Below, piece after piece: positions 21,523-32,200 of a DNA stretch of 64,000 bases (the first letter of the stretch is position 1; the number at the start of each line of letters is the position of its first letter). Below the pieces are notes generated by a model. It ran no database searches and had not been told where the DNA came from. It was given only the letters and a program-made list of their open reading frames with translations. A program made the position numbers and the translations under genes. This DNA is from a virus (lineage: Duplodnaviria > Caudoviricetes), in the IMG/VR virus record IMGVR_UViG_3300023060_000001, positions 65,543-129,542 of that record; one strand, written 5' to 3'.

Positions 21523-22789
21523 TTGAGTATAAACTATGTTACTAAAAGTAATGGTGATGTTGTAGAGTTTTCTCCTGACAAATTGAACCGTATGGCAGAA
21601 TGGGGTTCGACCATAGGGATTTGTTGGTCAGGGTTGGTTTTTGATGCATTACGTAAAGTAGAAGATAAATGTTCAACACAAGAATTACAACAAGCATTAA
21701 TTGATGCGTGTTCCGATAAGAAAACCCCTGAACATTTAGATATGGCAGCAAGACTATACTTAGGTTCTTTGTATAAAACTGTACACGGAGGTTTCGAAGA
21801 GAGACCCTCTTTACCAGACTTCTATTATAAAATGACTTCTGCTGGTGTATGGGAATACATGGATTATGATGACTCTGACTTAGATTATCTTGATAGTGTT
21901 TTGGATAATGATAAAGATTTGAACTATAAATTATCTACAGTAAAACAAATAAGTACAAAATATGCAAAGAAGCTAAATGGTGTAGTTTGTGAAACACCTC
22001 AATATGCTTTCATGGGTATTGCAATGAAGGTGATGGAAACTCAACCTGATGAGCGTAGACTAGAAGATGTTGAGAAGTTGTATACATACTTAAGCGACCT
22101 AAAGATTAATATGCCGACACCTTTCTTAGCGGGTTTGAGAACTTCTTTTAAAGGTTTTGCTAGCTGTTGTGTAATCAAGTCAGAAGATACTGCAGACTCT
22201 ATTGAGAATTTAGTACATGCTGCTTATAAGTTTACTAATGCGTCATCTGGTATTGGTTGTACGCTAACCACTCGTTCTGTTAAAGATCCTATAAGATCAC
22301 AACCTGATAAACATACAGGAAAGATACCTTATTATCGATATTTACAAGGAGCGGTTAAATCTACTAAGCAGGAAGTTAGAGGTGGTGGTGCGACAGTCCA
22401 TTACACTGTACTTGACCCAGAAGTAGAAACCTTGTTAAGACTGAAGCATCCCACCACAATAGAAGATAAGCGTATACGTGGGCTTGATTATTCAATGGGG
22501 GCAACAAAACTATTAGCTGAAAAAGCTTCTCGGAAAGAACCTTGGATGTTAGTGTCTTACTATGATTCTCCTGAGTTATATGAAGCACATTTTAAAGGTT
22601 ATGACGAGTTTAAGAAAGCTTATCAAGATTATGAAAAGAGTGAAGGTAAGAAGAAGTTTGTTAACTCTTTTGAAGTATTAAAACTATTCTTGACTCAACG
22701 TGGTGATACAGGTCGTAAATACCACACTTGGTTAGACGAAATGAATACACATACACCGTTTAAAGATACAATCTATAGTAGTAATCTGT
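21523..22789 (+). CDS. nrdA: Class Ia ribonucleotide reductase alpha subunit, exon 1
   Basis: ATP-cone start (VTKSNG), PTP, ASCC, RGG; ends SSNL plus first base (T) of the catalytic Cys codon. Confidence 0.95.
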
Positions 22790-23011
22790 GAAATGACGCA
22801 GCCTTACGTGGGGACACGTATTGAAGAATTGGGTGAATTGACTGGAAAGCTAAGAGGTTTTACCTTATGCCAATCAGCAGCGAAGCTCTAAGGATAGAGA
22901 ACGTTCAGAGACTAGTGGAGTTTGAGAACTTAATTACCACATTAGCGCCCAACACCTAGAACAGGTGATGATATAGTCCGATACTTGTAGAAATATAAGA
23001 TTAACATTGAG
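22790..23011 (+). ncRNA. Group I self-splicing intron (IA-like), 222 nt, no endonuclease ORF
   Basis: Exon U at 22789 and terminal G at 23011; P1 CUGU/GCAG with U.G; P10 UGAC/GUCA; P 22836-48, Q 22872-81, R GTTCAGAGACTA 22903-14, S ATGATATAGTCC 22968-79; P3 TTGGGTG/CGCCCAA; splicing restores SSNLCQEIFLP. Confidence 0.95.
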
Positions 23012-24021
23012 GTCAGGAGATATTTCTCCCTACTAAAGGTTACTTAAACGTTGTGGATATGTATGATAAGAATAAAGGAGTCGAAGCAGGGGAGATTGCT
23101 TTATGTTTCCTAAGTTGTTTGGTTGCAGGAAGAATTTCAGAAGAGGAATATGAAGATGTAGCTTATTACTCTCTTCTAGCAGTAGATAATGTTATAGATT
23201 TGATGGAGTACCCTTTTCCTCAAGTAGAGAACACTGCTAAAGGTAGACGTAGTGTGGGTATAGGTATTACCAATCTAGCACATGATATGGCGGTAAGAGG
23301 TTTGGGTTACAGTAGCTTAGAGGGTAAGAATTACATGCACTCTTTAGCTGAAATGCACAGCTTCTACCTACACAGTGCAAGCTTACGTTTAGCAAAAGAG
23401 AAAGGTAACTGTTCTTTAATAAATAGGACTAAGTATCCTGAAGGTTGGCTACCTGTTGACACGTACAATAAAAACGTGGATGATGTACATAGCCAAGGTT
23501 TGAAATTTGATTGGGAAAGTTTACGTAAGGGAATCATAAAGCAAGGTGGTATACGTAACTCGGTACTAGAGGCAACTCCTCCTGCTGAAAGTAGCTCTCA
23601 AGCAAGTGAGACTACTAACAGTCTATACCCTATACGTGAATTTTACACTGTTAAGCGTTCTGGTAGTACAGTGAATACTTTTGCAGCACCTGATATTGAG
23701 AAGGAAGAAGTTAAAAATAGTTATGAACTTGCTTATAATGTACCTACTAAGGACATTATAGATTGTTACGCTATCTTCCAAAAGTTTCATGGGCAAGGTA
23801 TTAGTTGTGACCTTTACACAAACTATAGTAAGTATGAAGGTGAAAAAGTACCTCTTACTGTAATGATGAAAGATTACTTCTACGCTACTAAAATGGGGCT
23901 TAAAAGTTTATACTATCAGAATAGTAAAGGTGGTATCAAAGAAGACGAGACTAAAGTCACGGTTGCAGCAACTTCTATTTTAGAAGATGAAGAAGACGAT
24001 TGTGAAAGTTGCCGTATGTAA
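23012..24021 (+). CDS. nrdA: Class Ia ribonucleotide reductase alpha subunit, exon 2 (spliced product 758 aa)
   Basis: (C)QEIFLP, IALCFL, RSVGIG, GIRNS, PPAESSS, KSLYY, C-terminal CESC. Confidence 0.95.
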
Positions 24022-24073
24022 TTTTAAAGGCTGTAGTAAAATACAGCCTATTATTTAAAGAGGAATTATATTA

Positions 24074-25411
24074 GTGATAGATAATGTATTAAATCGTTCT
24101 AACACAGGATGGAAAACAGGAAAGTATCCTTTATTCATGGGGGAAGAGTTAGGCTTACATGATACTATGAATAGACCTTACCCAGAGTTATTCAAACTAT
24201 TCAAAAAGCTTAAAAGTTTAGACTGGGCAGAAGATGAGATAGACTTGGAAAAGTCAAGATTAGATTTTGCAAGTTGTGATAAAAATAGTTACGATGTTAT
24301 GATAAAAACTTTATCCTTTCAATATGAAGCGGATAGCCTTGCATCTAGATCTATAATTGCATTGTTTGCACCATTTATTTCTAACAGCGATTTAAGTCAA
24401 ATGATGTTGAAGTGGAGTGAGAACGAATCCCTTCATGCATTAACTTACTCTGAAATAATTAGGCAATGCATATCCAATCCTGACGATGTATTTAATGAGA
24501 TACTATCTGATAAGAATATAACTGATCGTTCAGATGTTATCGCTAAGAGTTTTTCTAAGTTGAAAGTGCTTGGTGCTAAATATTCTTTAGATAAAAACTC
24601 AGTATCATCAGAAGAAGTGCGAGAGACTTTGCTTTTAAGTTTGGTAGCTTTATATTGCCTAGAGGCAATGGAGTTTATGGCATCTTTTGCATGTACATTT
24701 AGTCTTGCTGAGAGAGACCTATTCGAGGGTGTGGCAAGTTTAGTACAGAAAATAATGGTAGATGAAACAATCCATACTCAAATGGACGAAGCTATTATTG
24801 ATATTCTGTTTAAAGAACCAGAATGGAAAGCAACTTTTGAGAAGATTAAACCTCAAGTTCAAGAGTTAGTGGATAGCGTCTACCATCAAGAAGTTTCTTG
24901 GTCGGAGTATATATTCAGTGAAGGACGTAGTGTCCTTGGTTTGACAGCAGGGCTACTTAAAGATTGGGTTACATACAGAACCGACGCTGTGTACAATAAA
25001 CTGGGACTTGTTAAGCCTTACAATGTTGTAGAGGAGAACCCTTTACCTTGGATGGATAAGTGGTTAGATATAGACTCTAATCAACAGTCAGCACAAGAGG
25101 TTAGTTTGAACAATTACCGATTAAACTCTGTTATAGATGATACTAGTGAAGATATCATTTACGACTTTGGTAACAGAGAGAACACATTACCTTCTGATGT
25201 TGTGGTTTATACAAAAGAGTTCTGTCCTTTTTGCGATAAGGTTAAACAATTCCTTAAAGATAAAGGTATCAATATAACAGAAGTTGATGTGGAAAGAGTT
25301 TATGCAAAACAAAGTTTGATAAACAAAGGGTTAACCACAGTACCTCAAGTATTTACTCAAGAGGGAAATTACTTAGGTGATTGTACTTCTATCATCAACA
25401 AATATTCATAA
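24074..25411 (+). CDS. nrdB: Ribonucleotide reductase beta subunit fused to a C-terminal glutaredoxin
   Basis: W..DEI, ENESLHALTY, LEAMEF, DETIH; then YTKEFCPFC...TVPQVF Grx domain in frame with no stop. Confidence 0.93.
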   Translation: MIDNVLNRSNTGWKTGKYPLFMGEELGLHDTMNRPYPELFKLFKKLKSLDWAEDEIDLEKSRLDFASCDKNSYDVMIKTLSFQYEADSLASRSIIALFAPFISNSDLSQMMLKWSENESLHALTYSEIIRQCISNPDDVFNEILSDKNITDRSDVIAKSFSKLKVLGAKYSLDKNSVSSEEVRETLLLSLVALYCLEAMEFMASFACTFSLAERDLFEGVASLVQKIMVDETIHTQMDEAIIDILFKEPEWKATFEKIKPQVQELVDSVYHQEVSWSEYIFSEGRSVLGLTAGLLKDWVTYRTDAVYNKLGLVKPYNVVEENPLPWMDKWLDIDSNQQSAQEVSLNNYRLNSVIDDTSEDIIYDFGNRENTLPSDVVVYTKEFCPFCDKVKQFLKDKGINITEVDVERVYAKQSLINKGLTTVPQVFTQEGNYLGDCTSIINKYS

Positions 25412-25421
25412 AGGAGAAACC

Positions 25422-25721
25422 ATGACAAAAGAATCAAATGGCTCAGATTACAAAGAAGATTACGCCAAACTGGAAGCAATCATTATCAAGATGTTAGAAC
25501 ACGTTTCAGAATTAGATAACGTTGACCAAGAATTACAGAACACTTTAAACGATTTCGTTTATGAGGTTGTTGGTCAAGTTAAATTCCTTCTGACAATGTA
25601 TGACCAGAATATCCAAAAGTACAATCACACTTTGGAAAATATGGATAATGTTATCGATGGTTTGGATTGTTCACGAGGGGTGAAAGCTTCTCTAAAAGCA
25701 GCCTTACCACAAAAAGGTTAA
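25422..25721 (+). CDS. Hypothetical coiled-coil protein
   Basis: RBS AAGGAG. Confidence 0.7.
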   Translation: MTKESNGSDYKEDYAKLEAIIIKMLEHVSELDNVDQELQNTLNDFVYEVVGQVKFLLTMYDQNIQKYNHTLENMDNVIDGLDCSRGVKASLKAALPQKG

Positions 25722-25741
25722 CATTAGGAAGATTGGACACT

Positions 25742-26455
25742 ATGACAAAAAAGAAAAGAAATATTGTTAAAAGGAAAACAGCTTCTGACGATATAGTTAA
25801 TTTCTCAGAAGGTAATATCCAGTTTAAATATTATCCTTACACTGGGGAAGTCTTTTGTCCATCTTCTCACTCCCTTGTGTTAACAGCACACCACTTTGGA
25901 ATAAGAGGGTTTGAGATTTCAGAAAGTAGGAGTGAAATCCATAAGAACATGTTATTCGTTCACCCTCCTACTGATATGGAAAAAGTGGAAGCCTTTAGGT
26001 TAATTAAGAAAACCTTGCGTGAGTTGAAGGATGACCGTAAGCAGAAGAGAGCAGAACTTATTGCTAAGAATATTAACAATAGGACAGGTAATCCTATAAC
26101 ATGGGCTACTATCAACGCTTATATTCACAAGCTTAAAACGGGTGATTTATCAAGGGAGAAAGTTGCTAAATGGTTTAATACTTTTAACGTAGAAGATGAC
26201 AAACATTTAAAAGCTAAGCACACCACTGTTATAGAAGTCTCTACTCGTAGTAAGGCAACTATTATTAAGATGGGATTGGACATTTTGAAAAGGTTGTTCA
26301 AAGAAGGTAAGCTTAGGCGTTTGACAGAAGAACAATATCAAGCTAAGATGGAAGTATATGCTAAAGAAAAAGCCGATAAGCAAAAAGAAAGTGAACAAGA
26401 GGGAGAAAAGGAAACGATTGTTAAAACTGGCGAAAGAAAGGAGGAAAGAGGGTGA
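25742..26455 (+). CDS. Basic hypothetical protein, possibly DNA-binding
   Basis: Lys/Arg-rich ORF. Confidence 0.7.
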   Translation: MTKKKRNIVKRKTASDDIVNFSEGNIQFKYYPYTGEVFCPSSHSLVLTAHHFGIRGFEISESRSEIHKNMLFVHPPTDMEKVEAFRLIKKTLRELKDDRKQKRAELIAKNINNRTGNPITWATINAYIHKLKTGDLSREKVAKWFNTFNVEDDKHLKAKHTTVIEVSTRSKATIIKMGLDILKRLFKEGKLRRLTEEQYQAKMEVYAKEKADKQKESEQEGEKETIVKTGERKEERG

Positions 26456-26745
26456 TCAATGATAAAGGTTATTACTATTTAGATTACGAGTTTAATAAAG
26501 ATGATACAGAAAGGTTATTACAACTAGAAGACGTGGATAACTTCTTAACAGAGAGTGAAGATAACCCACAGTATATTTCTGGGATAGAAGATAGTAAACA
26601 CTATAAGAAGGTTTTATTTAATCTTAACCGTAAAAATATTAAATGGGACACCCTTTCTTTCTTTATATTAAAGAATAAAGGTAATCATACTGCAAGAAAT
26701 TACAGGGTATGTTGTGATATAGGAGGTTACCATTGTGAAGAATAG
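26452..26745 (+). CDS. Hypothetical protein
   Basis: Coupled ORF. Confidence 0.6.
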   Translation: MINDKGYYYLDYEFNKDDTERLLQLEDVDNFLTESEDNPQYISGIEDSKHYKKVLFNLNRKNIKWDTLSFFILKNKGNHTARNYRVCCDIGGYHCEE

Positions 26746-27316
26746 TTGTAAAAATGCACCTCCTTTTGTGCAAGAGATAGTTGACCATATTATTGATGTA
26801 GAAGGGGGTTATGTCGATAACAAGGATGACTCAGGTGGTGAAACTAAGTATGGTGTGACGGAAAAAGTTGCAAGAGCTAATGGTTACGAAGGACATATGT
26901 CAGAATTACCAATAACCTTTGCACAAGATTTATATGTCACCGAATATTACCTTACACCTAAGTTTAACCTTGTTGCAGAAGTGTCGGAAACTTTAGCAAA
27001 AGAAATGATGGACTCTGGGGTGAATGTAGGATATCGTACTCCCATAAAGTGGTTCCAACGTTTGCTGAATGTATCTAATTGTAAGCAGAAGTATTACAAA
27101 GATATAGAAGTGGACGGATACTTAGGTAGTAAATCTATTGGTGCATACACAGCTTTGTGCAAAAGAAGAGGAGAACTTGAGGCAGAGAAGTACATTTTCA
27201 ATGGGTTGAATAGTTTTCAGCAAGTTTACTATGTTGAATTGGCAGAACGTAGAGAGAAGGATGAAACTTTTGTTTATGGTCAAATTGTAAACAGGGTAGA
27301 GTATCTTCCATTTTAG
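26735..27316 (+). CDS. Endolysin, glycoside hydrolase family 108 with PG-binding domain
   Basis: EGGYVDNKDDSGGETKYGVT; DSGVNVG; VDGYLG; FVYGQIVNRV. Confidence 0.92.
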   Translation: MKNSCKNAPPFVQEIVDHIIDVEGGYVDNKDDSGGETKYGVTEKVARANGYEGHMSELPITFAQDLYVTEYYLTPKFNLVAEVSETLAKEMMDSGVNVGYRTPIKWFQRLLNVSNCKQKYYKDIEVDGYLGSKSIGAYTALCKRRGELEAEKYIFNGLNSFQQVYYVELAERREKDETFVYGQIVNRVEYLPF

Positions 27317-27324
27317 GAGGTGTT

Positions 27325-27715
27325 ATGCGAGCAGGTGTTTTGTTTACTATATTAGGTATTATTTATATGTGGGGAGGTACTTACGAATGGTATGGGTTAG
27401 AAAATGACGTATTCACTTTTAAAGAAATAAATTTTATAGGTATAATCACAATGTTATTCGGGTGTCTGATGCTGACAATTGAAAAGGCTGGTGACGATAT
27501 TATTAAAGCTTTGAAGAAGGAAGATTGATATGAATTGGGAAGAAAAGATTAAACTTTTGTGGATTTTGTTTGCTATCAATACATTTTTTGGAATAGTATC
27601 CGCATTTGATGGCAAAGATGCAGGAGCCTATGTTGTGGGGAACTTTGTAATATGTGCTATTGCTATGGCGGTAGATATTATTTGTAAAGAGATTGACAGT
27701 TTAAAGGTTAAGTAG
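27325..27715 (+). other. Two small 2-TM membrane proteins (27325-27528, 27530-27715), holin candidates
   Basis: Two TM segments with charged C-termini, directly after endolysin. Confidence 0.5.
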
Positions 27716-27750
27716 TTTTCATAATAATTATTAATTAAGAGGTGATAGAT

Positions 27751-28575
27751 ATGGCTCGTAAAGGGAAAAATTCAAGAAAGTCTCGTGGTAATACTGGAAC
27801 TCCGTCAGCGCAGGTACGACACCCTAATAGAAATCCTAACAAAGGGGAATGTCGTGCGGATAGAGGGAATCGACAATTGATCGAAGAGCAACAAACAAGC
27901 AGAGAAGACTACGATTTATCTTGGTTCCAACCTACCGAGAAACAGAAGGAGATTGTCTACTCTATGTGCGTAAATGACCTTACGATGGTACAAAGTGGTT
28001 CAGGTTGTGGTAAAAGTACTACTGCAGTTTGGCAAGCCCTTAAAATGTTGAAAAATGGAGATTTTAAAAAGATATTGCTTGTTAAGACAGCTTCGGAAGA
28101 TAGTCCTGATATGGTTGGTTATTTAAGTGGGGACTTAAACTCTAAGTTAGAAGCTCATATGGTAGCTATGAGAAGTATCTTCACCACTTTCATGTCTAAG
28201 GCAAAACTAGAGATGGAAGAAAAAAGAGGACGTATCGAATTTGGCGTGCCTAATTTTATAGCTGGGCGTACCTTCTATGATACTATCTTAATCATCGACG
28301 AATGCCAAAAGATGGATCAAGGTACTCTTAAACTGATAACGGAACGCCTCTCAGACACGTCTATCTGTATTTTACTGGGAGACAAGGGTCAAAGGTATTC
28401 CGCCAAAAAACGTGAAGATGGTTTCACTAAGTTTGTAGAGTTAATCACTGATGTGGATGAGGAAGGCCGTTACTCTAAAGAAGATTTAATGGGATATGTT
28501 GAGATGACTTCTGCGGACAACATGCGGGGGCGCTTATCTAGACGTATAGGTGAACTCTTTGAGGAAAATGAATAG
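27751..28575 (+). CDS. phoH: PhoH-family ATPase
   Basis: SGSGCGKST, GYLSGD...K, GRTF, IIDECQ, LGDKGQ. Confidence 0.92.
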   Translation: MARKGKNSRKSRGNTGTPSAQVRHPNRNPNKGECRADRGNRQLIEEQQTSREDYDLSWFQPTEKQKEIVYSMCVNDLTMVQSGSGCGKSTTAVWQALKMLKNGDFKKILLVKTASEDSPDMVGYLSGDLNSKLEAHMVAMRSIFTTFMSKAKLEMEEKRGRIEFGVPNFIAGRTFYDTILIIDECQKMDQGTLKLITERLSDTSICILLGDKGQRYSAKKREDGFTKFVELITDVDEEGRYSKEDLMGYVEMTSADNMRGRLSRRIGELFEENE

Positions 28576-28606
28576 ACCCTTCGGGGTCTTCTTAAAGGAG
28601 TGAGGT

Positions 28607-29272
28607 GTGAGAAAAGACCACAGAAAAAGGCAATTAGCGGTATTAGTTGATGAAGATAATTATAGTAGGAAGTACACAGACGGGGATGGTAAAAAGCAAA
28701 GTTGTCTAGAGTATGCAATACATCATAAAATACTAATGAGGACGGGAAATACTAAAACCCAAGAGCATAGACCCACCTATAAAGGGTGTAGGGTTTCTGG
28801 TAACCTTAAAAACTATAATTATTTTGTTGAGTGGTGCAGATGTCAGAAAGGTTTTAATACGGAAGGTTGGGTTTTAGATAAAGATATTCTTTCAGGTAAA
28901 GATAAAATATACTCAGAAGATACTTGTGTATTTATACCTATGTGTGTTAATAGCTTCTTAACCTTCAGTAAAAGGACTAACTCTACATCAGTATATGCAG
29001 GGGTTTCGTGGCAGAAGAGTTATACTAAGTCAGGTGGAAAATATATAGTATCTTGTGCTCAACTAGACGGTAAAAATAAAACACTAGGGAGAACAACTTG
29101 TCCAAAGGAGGGTTATAAGCTTTACAGAAAAGAGAAAGTGAGATTAGCAAGAGTATTAGCTCAAAGATATTGCGGAATTGTAGATGACAGGGTTTATGAA
29201 TATCTTAATAATTTTGAAAAGCACATAGACGATTTAGCAATAAAAGATCAAAACTACAAAGGAGAGGTATAA
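28607..29272 (+). CDS. Free-standing HNH-type homing endonuclease (paralog of 56139-56813)
   Basis: PTYKGC...F.EW...LDKDIL...IYSEDTCVFIP..VN; AP2-like GVSW C-terminus. Confidence 0.8.
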   Translation: MRKDHRKRQLAVLVDEDNYSRKYTDGDGKKQSCLEYAIHHKILMRTGNTKTQEHRPTYKGCRVSGNLKNYNYFVEWCRCQKGFNTEGWVLDKDILSGKDKIYSEDTCVFIPMCVNSFLTFSKRTNSTSVYAGVSWQKSYTKSGGKYIVSCAQLDGKNKTLGRTTCPKEGYKLYRKEKVRLARVLAQRYCGIVDDRVYEYLNNFEKHIDDLAIKDQNYKGEV

Positions 29273-29273
29273 T

Positions 29274-30356
29274 ATGTATTACAAAGAAGATAACCATTTC
29301 GTAGAAGCGACCAAAGTACGTTCACGAGTTAAAAACTTATCTCATGAGATTTTCCTTGATGAAAGTATTTCAGAACCTGAGTATTACCGAAACGCAATCT
29401 CATTGTTGCGTAACCAAGTGGCAGAAGGGGATGAAGTGGAAGTGTATATATCTAATGGTGGAGGTTTAGCACATACCGCAAGCATCCTTACAGACGCAAT
29501 GACCTCCTGTAAAGGTAAATTAGTAGGTTATCTATCAGGGCAAATATGTTCTGCCGCTACTATGATTGCCCTTAGTTGTGATGAGTGGGTTGTTGGCGAA
29601 GATATTTGTTTTATGGTGCATGGCTGTAGCTATGGGTTAGGCGGAAAGGGTACTGACATATCCAATCAACAGGAATTCATGAAAAAGTGGTGTGAAAACA
29701 CTTTCAGACGTACTTATACTGGTTTTCTTACAGAAGAAGAGATTGTTTTAACATTGGAACATGGTAAAGAACATTGGTTTGATTCAGATGAGACAGCTAA
29801 AAGGTTAACTACTTTCAAAGAACATCAAGCTTCTTTGCAATCACAAGCCATGAATCAAATGTTCGACCAACAAATTGCCGCCGAAGATGAAGCCCTTGAC
29901 GCAGGATTGAATCACCTTCTTACAAGTGGAAAGGTAACCCAAGCAGAAGTGGATGCCATTAAGAAAATCACTCCACTTTTAGATGAAGCTTTTGAATCTG
30001 GTGAAATTGATTTGGACAACCTTCCTGAAAGTGGGAAAACCTCCTCACAACAGGATTCCGATTATTCAAATGCTTTTGCCATCAACGTCAAAGATGAAAT
30101 TGCGGCAATATGTATGTACACTTTAGACGAAGATGGTATTATTTCAGAAGTGGTGTTAGATGTTGCAGAATATGACAGTGAGGTTATTGTTTCCAATATT
30201 TGGCTAGAGGATAACCTTGACCGAAGTGAACTGATCACTTTAGCAAAGGATATTGGTGTCAAAGGTGTCGCTCATAACACTAAAGATTCTGGTAAAATTA
30301 TAAACAAGATTATTGATTATGTGGATTGTCTTATTGAAAAAGAGGAAAACTCTTAG
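29274..30356 (+). CDS. ClpP-like serine protease with long acidic C-terminal extension and HeH/Rho-N-like tail
   Basis: ISNGGG, ICSAAT (Ser), FMVH (His), EHWFD; C-terminal LDRSELITLAKDIGVKG. Confidence 0.8.
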   Translation: MYYKEDNHFVEATKVRSRVKNLSHEIFLDESISEPEYYRNAISLLRNQVAEGDEVEVYISNGGGLAHTASILTDAMTSCKGKLVGYLSGQICSAATMIALSCDEWVVGEDICFMVHGCSYGLGGKGTDISNQQEFMKKWCENTFRRTYTGFLTEEEIVLTLEHGKEHWFDSDETAKRLTTFKEHQASLQSQAMNQMFDQQIAAEDEALDAGLNHLLTSGKVTQAEVDAIKKITPLLDEAFESGEIDLDNLPESGKTSSQQDSDYSNAFAINVKDEIAAICMYTLDEDGIISEVVLDVAEYDSEVIVSNIWLEDNLDRSELITLAKDIGVKGVAHNTKDSGKIINKIIDYVDCLIEKEENS

Positions 30357-30550
30357 TGGAAAAGTTAACTGGGATAAAGTGTGAATCTATTATTGGGGAA
30401 GCTGTTCATGTCAGAGGTAATTTGTTTGAATACCGTAGAAGCGGTTACATAACCACTTTAGACTTGGACGAAAACCTTTCAATAGAAGAAGTATACTATA
30501 TAAAAGAGGTTATCTCTTTTTATGAAGAATTAATTTCATTAAATGATTAA
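30356..30550 (+). CDS. Hypothetical protein
   Basis: Coupled ORF. Confidence 0.55.
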   Translation: MEKLTGIKCESIIGEAVHVRGNLFEYRRSGYITTLDLDENLSIEEVYYIKEVISFYEELISLND

Positions 30551-30557
30551 ATAACAT

Positions 30558-30612
30558 TTGACACCATAACACCCTTTTGCTAATATTTACTTATTGGTAA
30601 GAGGGTGTTTTT
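30558..30612 (+). promoter_or_regulatory. Sigma70 promoter overlapped by a terminator hairpin
   Basis: TTGACA 30558-63, 17 bp, TAATAT 30581-86; stem 30568-85/30592-609 plus T-run. Confidence 0.75.
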
Positions 30613-30684
30613 ATATCTGCGATATAAAGTCTTTGTATGCGGAGCATAAAAGTGTTATTGTTTTAATTAAATAGGAGAAATATT

Positions 30685-31251
30685 ATGAGTACAGAAAATA
30701 AATTACGAAAGTTTAAATTGATAGATGAAGATGGGTATAAAGCTTCTCATCATTTAAATTATGTTTTATTAAGACAACACTTAAAAAACAATTGTCTTGA
30801 AGGGATTATAGATGATGGTCACCTTTTCTATTCAAAAGATTTACATAATGCCTTGATAACCAGAAATGAATTTCAATTCTTTGAAGAAGTGTTTGAAGAA
30901 GAAAGTGGCGAAGGAGTAAACCTCTTAGCTCCTTTTTTCGAAAAACAGCTTAAGGAGGGTGTATATGGAAAAGAGAAGCCCTTCCCGCAAATAGGTGACC
31001 GAGCTACTTACGGTGGTAATAAAAATTGTGAAGTGGTGGGTGTACATAATAATACTTGTATGTTACTTGCGGAAAGAGGAGATTACCATTTAGCTGATAT
31101 AAGCGATATTTCAGAATATAAACCTTTAACAGAAGATGAAATAATTATCCGAAGCAAGGTAAAAAATATTATACAAAGGTACACATTAGAGACAGCATTA
31201 GACTACTTAATGGAAGAGTATACTGTTATTGAAAAGGATTGTTACAAATGA
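30685..31251 (+). CDS. Hypothetical protein sharing an N-terminal module with 54868-55359
   Basis: KLRKFKLIDEDGY...EFQFFEE. Confidence 0.75.
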   Translation: MSTENKLRKFKLIDEDGYKASHHLNYVLLRQHLKNNCLEGIIDDGHLFYSKDLHNALITRNEFQFFEEVFEEESGEGVNLLAPFFEKQLKEGVYGKEKPFPQIGDRATYGGNKNCEVVGVHNNTCMLLAERGDYHLADISDISEYKPLTEDEIIIRSKVKNIIQRYTLETALDYLMEEYTVIEKDCYK

Positions 31252-32200
31252 GAAAACGAGATAAGATTAAAAATATAACACCTTTTATATTTGGAGCACT
31301 TTGGGCAATTGTGTTCTGGTTAATGGGTGTCACCACTGAAGGAGGGGATTCACTATTAATCGTGAGTGGATGGATAGCTTTGGTGTTAATGAGTATCCTT
31401 GTCACAGATGAAGGTATTGACCTTTTCGACAAGAATGATAATGAAGAGGATGATTAATTATGAGTAGTATAGACGAATTTAATGAAAATAACCCTTTACT
31501 AATAGATCCTACTTTCTGGGTTAATAGTGCTTATGGTAAATTAGAAGGTAGTAAGGAAGGAGAATTACTTAAACTAAGTAAGATTGTTAGTGTAGGTACT
31601 ATCTTTATAACAACATTAAACTCCCAGTATAGGTATTCTTTCACAAGTAGTGCTGCTGCTGATTATTTCTTTAAAAGAGTGAGAGAGTTAAAAGAGGATG
31701 GGATTATTTCATGAAACAATATACTCACGTAAATCAAAATCACATCAGGAAAAATATAAAACTTCCGCCAGAAGAAAGATTACCTGTTGTGACAAGTAAA
31801 ACTTATAAAGACAATAACTATTTCAACAGTGCAGAATTAGTTTGTAAAGACACTGGTAAAGTTGTGGCAAGGGTGGTATATTCTCCTGATAAACCGTTAA
31901 GTTGTGGGTCGCGTCTTTATATCCTAACAGACACAGATGATATTGAAATAAGGGAGATGACTGATGGTGATAGTTGATATACATTTAGGAAGATTGGGTA
32001 TTATTGAAGGAGATTCCAAACGTTTATTGGAACCTTATGTCGATAGTAGATTATTTTCACAATGGAAATCTTATGATGAATACACTGTTGACACTGATAG
32101 TGTTAAAATTAGAATGGATATCAAGGATTTATTTATACTTTCAGAAAAGTTTATTGTCACTGTAGGTAATGGTTGGGTAGAATTGGAGGAAATAATTTGA
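31239..32200 (+). other. Four small hypothetical genes (31239-31457 membrane, 31460-31714, 31711-31977, 31964-32200)
   Basis: Coupled ORFs. Confidence 0.65.

Noticed and set aside
22789-22791. In-frame TGA at the catalytic Cys of NrdA read as selenocysteine, recoding or a pseudogene
   Set aside because: The following 222 nt are not RNR-coding and form a complete group I intron; splicing restores TGT.
23053-24021. Separate gene or naturally split NrdA
   Set aside because: Homology extends upstream to 23012 (QEIFLPTKGY) and joins exon 1 in frame.
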